A DNA stretch of 26,553 nt from a virus (lineage: Duplodnaviria > Heunggongvirae > Uroviricota > Caudoviricetes): the IMG/VR virus record IMGVR_UViG_3300026484_000600; one strand, 5' to 3'. The notes beneath the pieces are model-generated. The model was not told the DNA's origin and did not search any database. It saw only the letters and a program-made list of their open reading frames with translations. Below are positions 1-7,014 of the stretch, piece by piece. Both the position numbers and the translations under genes were made by a program. The first letter of the stretch is position 1, and every line of letters starts with the position of its first letter.

Positions 1-1306
1 AATCTTTGACATTTACACTTTCGGCAGCATGTAATAAAGCGCAGCCACCACCAATTACAGTACCGCTTTCAACCGCTGCATGAGTAGCACCTAAAGCATC
101 ATCAACTCTATCTTTTTTCTCTTCAACTTCTGTCTCTGAAGCACCACCCACTCGAATAACTGCTACACCACCAGTCATCTTAGCAATACGTTCTTTATAA
201 AATTCAATATCGTATTGATTATCAGCAACTTTGATTTGACCTTGTAATTCCGCTAGTCTATCATCTTTTGATGTTCCCCTAGGTTGGCTATTTACTAATG
301 TTGTATCAAATTTTGATATGATTGCTTTTTCACATGAACCCATCATATCTGCTGTAATTTGTTCAATAGAAATATCTAAATCAGCAGATACAAACTCCGC
401 TCCTACCATTGCAGCAATATCTTTTAAATATTCTTTTTTTCTAGCACCAAAACCTGGAGCATCAATAGCACAAACTGAAATAACACCCTTTAATTTATTA
501 ACAATTAGAGTTTGTAATGCTTCTGCACTTCCACCTTCAGAGATAATTAATAATGGTCTTGATTTGCTATGTGCTGCTTCTAAAAGTGGAACAACATCAT
601 TTGATGTTTGAAATTCATAATCAGTAACAAGAATTAATGGATTTTGTAATTCAGCGATATTTTTTTCAGGGTTAGTAACAAAATATGCACTAGCAAAGCC
701 TCTATCAATTTTCATTCCATCGGTTGTTTCTAATTCATCATTCATAGATTTACCATTCTCAACAGTAATAACACCATCTTTCCCTACTTTATCCATAGCT
801 TGAACAATTAAGCCTCCAATTTCTTCATCACCATTAGCAGAAATTGTAGCAATATTTCTGATTTGATCATCGGTAGTTACATCAACTTTAATATTGTCAA
901 GGGACTCAATTAGTTTATTAACTACTTTATCAATACCTCTTTTAATCATAACTGGATTGGCTCCACTTGCTAAATGTTTAAGCCCTTCAGTATAAATTGC
1001 TCCACCTAAAATAGCAGTAGTAGTCGTACCATCACCACATTCATCCACAGTTTTTTCAGATGCTTGTCTTAGAATTTTTACTGCTAAGTTTTCTGTATAG
1101 TTTGATAATTGTAGATTTCTAATGACTGTTACACCATCCTTTGTAATTGTTGAAGGTGCCATAGGGTGTCCGCTATCAATTAATACATTTTGACCTTTTG
1201 GTCCAAGTGTTGTACCAACTGCATCAACAACTGATTGTACACCTTTTGCCAATGCATCTCTAGCTTCCGTACCAATAATTAAATCTTTGATTTTCTTTTT
1301 ACTCAT
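1..1306 (-). CDS. groEL: Chaperonin GroEL (Cpn60), phage-encoded; 3' end runs off the window start
   Basis: Not in the ORF track (no stop in window). Manual translation from ATG at 1306: MSKKKIKDLIIGTEARDALAKGVQSVVDAVGTTLGPKGQNVLI...ITKDGVTV...DECGDGTTTAT...EGMKIDRGF...APGFG...GGVAVIRVGGASETEVEEKKDRVDDALGATHAAVESG. GAGG SD upstream. Confidence 0.96.
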   Translation of the reverse strand, partial: MSKKKIKDLIIGTEARDALAKGVQSVVDAVGTTLGPKGQNVLIDSGHPMAPSTITKDGVTVIRNLQLSNYTENLAVKILRQASEKTVDECGDGTTTTAILGGAIYTEGLKHLASGANPVMIKRGIDKVVNKLIESLDNIKVDVTTDDQIRNIATISANGDEEIGGLIVQAMDKVGKDGVITVENGKSMNDELETTDGMKIDRGFASAYFVTNPEKNIAELQNPLILVTDYEFQTSNDVVPLLEAAHSKSRPLLIISEGGSAEALQTLIVNKLKGVISVCAIDAPGFGARKKEYLKDIAAMVGAEFVSADLDISIEQITADMMGSCEKAIISKFDTTLVNSQPRGTSKDDRLAELQGQIKVADNQYDIEFYKERIAKMTGGVAVIRVGGASETEVEEKKDRVDDALGATHAAVESGTVIGGGCALLHAAESVNVKD

Positions 1307-1309
1307 ATT

Positions 1310-1825
1310 TTATTTTTCCTCTTCTTTTAATATTAACTCTCTAGCTTTCATTATACATTTTCCTAAAAGATTTTTCCCACGCCATTTCGATTCATCCAAT
1401 ACTTTATCATCTGAAAAATGTAAACCAATACCCCAAATTTTATCAACTGGTGATGCTTCTACAAGTATTAAGTCTTTGTGTTCTAATAAAGTTTCAAGAA
1501 GATTATCATTTTGAGTAAATTTTAAGTAATTTCCTCTTGTTACAATATCTTCTTTAGCACTATTCCATTTTTCTTCATCAAAATTTTTAACTTTTCTACC
1601 TAATGCTTTAACTTCTTTTGGATTATTTGTTTTAAGCATTTCTTGATAAATTTTATCATCGTTAAAAAAAATTGCTTTTTGGACCATCATATATTTTTCA
1701 GCATTTGGATAAATTAACCCATCTTCCTCAAATTGATTTTTTGATGTGTACCATTGTGAGTATATGGTATTCCAAAAATAAAAATGAGAATCTGTTTGTC
1801 GATACTGTTCTGTTAATTCAACCAT
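1310..1825 (-). CDS. NADAR (YbiA-like) family hydrolase
   Basis: Motifs FW..YSQWY, AEKYMMVQKA, P.EVKALGRKVKNFD, KFTQN, LVEASPVDKIWGIG typical of NADAR/YbiA. Confidence 0.92.
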   Translation of the reverse strand: MVELTEQYRQTDSHFYFWNTIYSQWYTSKNQFEEDGLIYPNAEKYMMVQKAIFFNDDKIYQEMLKTNNPKEVKALGRKVKNFDEEKWNSAKEDIVTRGNYLKFTQNDNLLETLLEHKDLILVEASPVDKIWGIGLHFSDDKVLDESKWRGKNLLGKCIMKARELILKEEEK

Positions 1826-1943
1826 TATGTTCAGTCCTTAAATAATTCATAATATCCAGGTAACTTATTTTTAAAGTTAGACATACCTCAATAAATGATT
1901 CTACATTCGTTGTTTTAAATTCTATCTCTTTTAGTTTGTTCAT
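1818..1943 (-). CDS. Small hypothetical protein (41 aa), below ORF-track cutoff
   Basis: MNKLKEIEFKTTNVESFIEVCLTLKISYLDIMNYLRTEHNG*. GGAG SD upstream of the ATG; its TGA overlaps the NADAR ATG; fills an otherwise empty gap. Confidence 0.7.
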   Translation of the reverse strand: MNKLKEIEFKTTNVESFIEVCLTLKISYLDIMNYLRTEHNG

Positions 1944-2160
1944 TGGTTTTATTCTCCGATTCTTTAATTAAGAAATTTAATGCTTTTTCAAATGATGATT
2001 CTTCTGATATATTTTCACTTAACCAAAATTGCTCAGCTAAAAAAATAGCTGTATCTAATTTATCATCTGATAATTCAATATTTGCAGACAATGACACTAT
2101 TTTTTCAGGATAAGTCTCTTTAAATGTATTATAAAAAAGTTTAGCTTCTCTGAGTGTCAT
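1915..2160 (-). CDS. Hypothetical protein (81 aa), paralog of upstream neighbour
   Basis: ORF in operon-like overlap; shares TLxEAK...P...(T/S)D(E/D)K pattern with 2141..2359. Confidence 0.7.
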   Translation of the reverse strand: MTLREAKLFYNTFKETYPEKIVSLSANIELSDDKLDTAIFLAEQFWLSENISEESSFEKALNFLIKESENKTNEQTKRDRI

Positions 2161-2359
2161 TACAAATTCTTTTTAATTCATTTATAAAAATTTCATCTTC
2201 CGATTGTGGTAGTCCACCAGCAATAACCTCAGTAATTCTAAGAGCTTCTTTGATTTTTTCATCAGTTATATTTTCGCCACCAATATCTCTAAAATGATTC
2301 GGGTGTGCTACTTTATAATATTGAATGTGTGCTTTTGCTTCATCTAATGTTAATACCAT
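2141..2359 (-). CDS. Hypothetical protein (72 aa)
   Basis: ORF tightly packed with neighbours; paralogous to 1915..2160. Confidence 0.7.
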   Translation of the reverse strand: MVLTLDEAKAHIQYYKVAHPNHFRDIGGENITDEKIKEALRITEVIAGGLPQSEDEIFINELKRICNDTQRS

Positions 2360-2362
2360 AAG

Positions 2363-2689
2363 TTACCCCTTGATTATACCAGATGTGACTGGCTCAATAC
2401 CAGTTGTTGTTTGTACATAGTTTGAATCATAAGCTGGAAAATCAGCCATATCTTTTTCCCACATAATATGAGATTGTTTTAATGTTACATGATTTTTTGA
2501 ATCTTGAACATCAGCAAATATTAAATCCATTGGTAAAAATGCAATCTCAGGTTCACCTGTTTGTGGATTAACAACTTGTGTTAAACTTACTGGTGCGCTA
2601 ATAGTTATTGTAGATTCAGATGATTCTAACTCTGTTCCTAAAATAACTGATTTATCTATTAGTTTATAAACTTTTCTTATTTTACTCAT
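2363..2689 (-). CDS. Hypothetical protein, possibly Sm-like beta fold as in T4-like phages
   Basis: Beta-rich pattern (KLIDKSVILG...ITISAPVSL...IAFLP) with a Y...TTGI..V.SGII tail that I associate with phage Sm-like proteins; weak. Confidence 0.55.
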   Translation of the reverse strand: MSKIRKVYKLIDKSVILGTELESSESTITISAPVSLTQVVNPQTGEPEIAFLPMDLIFADVQDSKNHVTLKQSHIMWEKDMADFPAYDSNYVQTTTGIEPVTSGIIKG

Positions 2690-2949
2690 TATTTTTCTCC
2701 TTTATCAACTGTACCTATTGGGTCTTCATTTTTAATTAAATCTTCTAAATTCTGTCTAATATGCATTAATGCTGCATCTGCTCTAGCATGGTGAAATGCT
2801 AAATCTCGTCTAATATCATCTTGTAAAATAAACATTTTTTTTGTATCATCTGATAGTTTATTATAATCGTACACATTATTAAAAATTTGTACCTTCATAA
2901 CTTCTTCAGTATTGTTTTCTGTTGCCATTAATTCTATCCTTTTATTCAT
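2689..2949 (-). CDS. Hypothetical protein (86 aa)
   Basis: ORF; 1-nt overlap with downstream gene; helical C-terminal half. Confidence 0.7.
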   Translation of the reverse strand: MNKRIELMATENNTEEVMKVQIFNNVYDYNKLSDDTKKMFILQDDIRRDLAFHHARADAALMHIRQNLEDLIKNEDPIGTVDKGEK

Positions 2950-2958
2950 TTTTAATAT

Positions 2959-2966
2959 ATTTTACA
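2959..2966 (-). promoter_or_regulatory. TGTAAAAT -10-type promoter box
   Basis: Member of the recurring TGTAWAAT motif; 9 nt from ATG 2949. Confidence 0.5.
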
Positions 2967-2972
2967 AAAAAA

Positions 2973-3371
2973 TTAGTCGATTATTAAATCAGCAAGAGTT
3001 TGAAAGTATCTATAATTAGTTCCACCCCTGATAATTACAACGTTATCTATAAAATAGGATGTTTCAATATTATAGTAGCATGAGTTATACCATTCTATTT
3101 CCAAATTATATTTTTCTTTAATATCGTAAATGGCATTTGTAATGGGAAATGTCAATTCTTCCGAAAATTTTATTATTAAATAACTGCTGTTAATATTTTT
3201 TTCTGGGTGAGATTGACATGAGTATAGTGAAGCTAAACCATCGATAGAATTTAATTTTAAAAGAGGTTCTAAAATATCATTATCGATATGACCCAATTCC
3301 TTGTAATATTCAAAACCTGATTTATAAAATTTTTCTTCTAAGGGGTTTAAAAAAATATCTGTCGTTGTCAA
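2973..3371 (-). CDS. Hypothetical protein with weak TYW3-like N-terminal motif
   Basis: TTG start with AAAGG SD; IDNDILEPLLKLNSIDGLASLYSCQSH resembles the D..I..L...N......SC.G(H/R) pattern of TYW3-like domains. Confidence 0.6.
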   Translation of the reverse strand: MTTTDIFLNPLEEKFYKSGFEYYKELGHIDNDILEPLLKLNSIDGLASLYSCQSHPEKNINSSYLIIKFSEELTFPITNAIYDIKEKYNLEIEWYNSCYYNIETSYFIDNVVIIRGGTNYRYFQTLADLIID

Positions 3372-3390
3372 AATTATACCTTTTTAAGAT

Positions 3391-3398
3391 ATTTTACA
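3391..3398 (-). promoter_or_regulatory. TGTAAAAT -10-type promoter box
   Basis: Recurring motif upstream of TTG 3371. Confidence 0.55.
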
Positions 3399-3445
3399 AT
3401 TTTAACGTTGTAGATTTATGATTTTATCCATGAATGAATGGTCTG

Positions 3446-3478
3446 TACCCTTAGTGATTATTAAGTAAACTAAGGGTA
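3446..3478. terminator. Intergenic stem-loop (10-bp stem, 13-nt loop), possible terminator or processing site
   Basis: TACCCTTAGT (3446-3455) / ACTAAGGGTA (3469-3478) perfect inverted repeat downstream of 3520..3897; no clear U-tract follows on either strand. Confidence 0.35.
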
Positions 3479-3519
3479 TAAAAATGATTGTATATAGTAT
3501 AATGTCTAAAATTAACATT

Positions 3520-3897
3520 TTATTTATCAAGGTAAGATTTAATTCCTTTAAAGTCTTTTACTTCTATATATGGAATATCTGCTGGTGCTGTTTCTGTTTT
3601 ACTACTTTTAGCCATTATTCTTAAATCTTTTAATGTTTTTATAATTTCCTGAACTAAGTTATCAAAATTTGGATCTATGACTTTGAATACCTGTCCTCTA
3701 GCTCTAATAAATGCCCTGTATTGGCCTACTAAATTTGGATAGCCATCTCGTTTACGTATTTTGATAAATTTAATACTATCTTTTTTAAATCTATCATCAC
3801 TTAAATCAAATTCAACAAAATCGCCTTGTTTTTTAAATTTAAGTTTCCTTTTATTATTACCAAATAAGTTAAATTCATTTAATTGTGTTAATGTCAT
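3520..3897 (-). CDS. Hypothetical protein (125 aa), basic
   Basis: ORF with AGGA SD; no recognisable motif. Confidence 0.7.
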   Translation of the reverse strand: MTLTQLNEFNLFGNNKRKLKFKKQGDFVEFDLSDDRFKKDSIKFIKIRKRDGYPNLVGQYRAFIRARGQVFKVIDPNFDNLVQEIIKTLKDLRIMAKSSKTETAPADIPYIEVKDFKGIKSYLDK

Positions 3898-3931
3898 TCA
3901 ATAATCCTAGTTTGTGTTATAGAATTATTTA

Positions 3932-4432
3932 TTATGAATGTTTATTTTTAATTGAAAATTTATCTATATCTGATCTAATAGAATTTGCTTGATATAAAAC
4001 TCTAGCAACATTTGCCATTTCATCAAATGTGTCAACAAGATACACATTAGAAAATTTATGTTTTTTAAGATGTTCTAAAACTAATGCTCTTGCTCTTAAA
4101 CTTTCTTTAGCTCTTTCTTTATCATTCATTAATTCCTCATCTAATTCATTTTCAATCATCACTATAAAATCACGTCTATCATCTATTTTTATAGCATTTA
4201 ATATTCCAAATCCAACTTCAGATAATGATCCTACTCCGTACGTTTCTTTTGTTATTGGGAATAATAAAATACTATCATTGGCTAAATGTTCTGCTTCAAT
4301 TGTAGCGTCTTCTGGTTTCCAATCTTCTACTAAAGGGTTGAAATATTCAATATCTTGTTCTTTAAAATTTTTAATAAAACTATCTCTCCATTTACTATTG
4401 CCACAAGTACCAAATAATCCTATACAATTCAT
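3932..4432 (-). CDS. Nucleoside 2-deoxyribosyltransferase-like protein
   Basis: IGLFGTCGNSKWR...YFNP.VEDW...E..HL...ILLFPITKETYG..SLSE.G pattern of the flavodoxin-like N-deoxyribosyltransferase superfamily. Confidence 0.75.
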   Translation of the reverse strand: MNCIGLFGTCGNSKWRDSFIKNFKEQDIEYFNPLVEDWKPEDATIEAEHLANDSILLFPITKETYGVGSLSEVGFGILNAIKIDDRRDFIVMIENELDEELMNDKERAKESLRARALVLEHLKKHKFSNVYLVDTFDEMANVARVLYQANSIRSDIDKFSIKNKHS

Positions 4433-4441
4433 TCTTTTCTC

Positions 4442-4741
4442 CTAAATTAATAGCTCTAGGCTAAATCTTTCAGTATATTTTACAAATATATCAAACGTTT
4501 TATAATCAATTTTAGCATTTATATTTTTCCCCTCTTTAAAGATAAGAGCTCCAAATATAATTTTAGCATCGTAATAAGTCTCAAAAATTATTTTTTTGAG
4601 ATGGATTAGTATTCTTAGTAATGTCGGACATAGATAATCTTCAATTATATTTTGTACTATGATACCACCATCAAGTATTTCTATAAATAAACATTTGTCT
4701 TTATCAACTATATGCTTTATATTGCCAACTTTAATTCCCAA
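4442..4741 (-). CDS. Hypothetical protein (99 aa)
   Basis: ORF overlapping upstream gene by 11 nt. Confidence 0.6.
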   Translation of the reverse strand: MGIKVGNIKHIVDKDKCLFIEILDGGIIVQNIIEDYLCPTLLRILIHLKKIIFETYYDAKIIFGALIFKEGKNINAKIDYKTFDIFVKYTERFSLELLI

Positions 4742-5330
4742 TATTTAATCTTTTCCAATAAAATATATAATTGTAAATCTGCATTAATAGATTAATTGAT
4801 AAAATTATAATAAAAACGTATAAAACTGTTGAAATATTATCTGTAAATAAATCTAATAATACAACGATAGAATAACCTATAATTGATGCTGTTGCCATTG
4901 AAATACGTTCAGCATATTGAACATTTTCAAAAGTAGTAACATCGTATTTTTTCATTAAAAAAGCATCATATCTAATTCCAAAAACTGACATTATAATTGT
5001 ATAGATTAGCATTAATATGCCCTCAACGTATAGGAATAACAATGGGTTTATAAAATATGTCGAAAGACTTATAAGATATAGTCCGTCCAATATAATTAAA
5101 TTTCTATAAGCTATAGTTAAATTTATATTTTTAAATCTTGGAGCTATAAATGCTGTCAATTTAGTTAAAATTAAAAAAATAGAAATGATACTAGTAGCCC
5201 ATAACATCCCTTGCAATTTTGTTATTAATGGTAAGATGAGTGACCAACTCATACTTATAACAAAAACAACATATAGTTGCATTTTTAAGAAATCATCAAA
5301 TTTTTTAGTTGCGATAATTAAATCTTTCAA
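4731..5330 (-). CDS. Polytopic membrane protein (about 6 TM, half-MFS-like)
   Basis: About six hydrophobic segments; overlap with upstream gene. Confidence 0.75.
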   Translation of the reverse strand: MKDLIIATKKFDDFLKMQLYVVFVISMSWSLILPLITKLQGMLWATSIISIFLILTKLTAFIAPRFKNINLTIAYRNLIILDGLYLISLSTYFINPLLFLYVEGILMLIYTIIMSVFGIRYDAFLMKKYDVTTFENVQYAERISMATASIIGYSIVVLLDLFTDNISTVLYVFIIILSINLLMQIYNYIFYWKRLNIGN

Positions 5331-6157
5331 TATTCAATTCCTTCTTCTAATGCTTTATAAAATAAATTATCATAATCTAAAAAAACGATCTCAGTATCCA
5401 TTTTTTCAACGGTTTTTTGGATCTCTGTATCTAATTTTGCTAAAATATCGGTTTTCATATATCTATGGATTGAACCTTCTTCTAATTTTTTATTATTTAA
5501 AATTCTTAGTTGTTCCATATATGGATTAATAACTGATATAATATAATCGAATGAATAATCTAACAAACCAATTTTTATTTTTGATAATAATTCCAAATCA
5601 TTATAATTGAATTCCGAAAATGTGTGTTTTGATTTTAAATTAAAATCAAAATTATTTTCTGAAAGTAATTTAGCAAATAAAATACCTCTAACAAAATGAG
5701 ATAGTTTCTTATGAGTTTCAGTAGTATGTTTTTTACCGTTGTTGGTATCTTTTTTCCAATATTTTAAATCTCGTTTAGCTAATCCTAAATAGCTTTTAAT
5801 TATATTGTAATTTATAAAAAAATCTTTATATTCATAAAGCCATGCTAAATTAGTTTGAAGTAAATCTTTAGAATGTATTACTTCAAAATTAATTGTGGCA
5901 TCACCTGTTAAAGCATTTCTTATAAAATTTTGTAGACTACTGAAATTATAATCAATGTTGTTATTTTTGTATTGTAGTTGGTGATGCTCCCACATAAAAG
6001 AGTTTCGATTTCTTTCAGGCTCAATGTATATTGATAAGTAGTCTGTATCACTTGTTGGTGTATCAAGACCATACATATGCGAACCCACTTTTAAACTTGT
6101 TATAGTTTGTTTTTTTAAATCATCAAAGAGATTTTTATTTGTAAAGTGTATATTCAT
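5327..6157 (-). CDS. Pol-beta superfamily nucleotidyltransferase (RlaP / T4 NrdC.11-like)
   Basis: VGSHMYGLDTPTSDTDY (GS-x-YG...SD-x-D) motif; later SYLG.A and K..SH..RG helices typical of this family. Confidence 0.85.
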   Translation of the reverse strand: MNIHFTNKNLFDDLKKQTITSLKVGSHMYGLDTPTSDTDYLSIYIEPERNRNSFMWEHHQLQYKNNNIDYNFSSLQNFIRNALTGDATINFEVIHSKDLLQTNLAWLYEYKDFFINYNIIKSYLGLAKRDLKYWKKDTNNGKKHTTETHKKLSHFVRGILFAKLLSENNFDFNLKSKHTFSEFNYNDLELLSKIKIGLLDYSFDYIISVINPYMEQLRILNNKKLEEGSIHRYMKTDILAKLDTEIQKTVEKMDTEIVFLDYDNLFYKALEEGIEY

Positions 6158-6207
6158 TTTAAATCCTTTTAAAGGATTATATGAAAAAAAAGCTTAAAAT
6201 AAAATTA

Positions 6208-6963
6208 TTATATGTGATTCACAGTTGATTTTTTAACACGTTCTTTGTCTTTGTACATTTCACTATCGACTATTTCAAGAGTATCCTTGAATTTTTTTGA
6301 AGAGTCAATAGCTATAACTGCAAAAGCAAAATTAATATTAAATTCCTGCCCTTTAAAAAGAAATTTTTTTGTACTTATTTTTTCACGTAAGTTGTGTAAT
6401 TTTAAGAAGCACTTTTCTATATTTTCTTCTTCAAAAAATAGCAAAAACTCATCACCACCATATCTAATAGTATGTTCTGTTAATTTTTTTAGTTCTTTAG
6501 AAAGATAGAGTATAGCTTTATCACCTGCTACATGTCCAATCGTATCATTTATTTTTTTAAGATTATTCATATCAAGAATAACCATAAGTCCATCGATTTT
6601 AAAATGTTCCCCATTTAATATATTATCTGTAATATATTTTCTATTATAAACTTGAGTTAATTCATCTTTATATACTAATTCTTTAAGCTCTATAATTTCT
6701 TCTTTTAACTTGCGCATATTGTCATTTACGAGTTCTAAAGCTTTTATATCATGGGCATTGATGGCGTTTATAGCAAGAGATGTATTTTCTTCTAAAGTGT
6801 CACGATGTTTATCGATAGTATCAGACATGTCACAATTAAATTCACTTATTTCTATACCCATATCAAATGCAATGTTATTGAAGAACCTATTATAGTCTTT
6901 AGGAGAAACAATTTCTATATTTTGAATGAAATTTTTTACTTTTTTTGTAACTTGTGCTAGCAT
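6208..6963 (-). CDS. GGDEF-domain protein (putative diguanylate cyclase) with N-terminal coiled coil
   Basis: DELTQVYNRKY, LDMNNLKKINDTIGHVAGD, RYGGDEF, D..MY..K motifs. Confidence 0.9.
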   Translation of the reverse strand: MLAQVTKKVKNFIQNIEIVSPKDYNRFFNNIAFDMGIEISEFNCDMSDTIDKHRDTLEENTSLAINAINAHDIKALELVNDNMRKLKEEIIELKELVYKDELTQVYNRKYITDNILNGEHFKIDGLMVILDMNNLKKINDTIGHVAGDKAILYLSKELKKLTEHTIRYGGDEFLLFFEEENIEKCFLKLHNLREKISTKKFLFKGQEFNINFAFAVIAIDSSKKFKDTLEIVDSEMYKDKERVKKSTVNHI

Positions 6964-7014
6964 ATGTTTACTTACCCTCTCTATATATTGATATTTATAA
7001 AGAGGTAGTATTTT

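Noticed and set aside
318-611. Plus-strand 97-aa ORF
   Set aside because: Antisense shadow of groEL.
3488-3503. Plus-strand TTGTAT...TATAAT as an antisense promoter
   Set aside because: Spacing is wrong for -35/-10, there is no downstream plus-strand gene, and the background is AT-rich.
6992-6999. TATAAATA (T4-type late promoter) upstream of the GGDEF gene
   Set aside because: A single all-AT 8-mer in very AT-rich DNA; not distinguishable from chance here.
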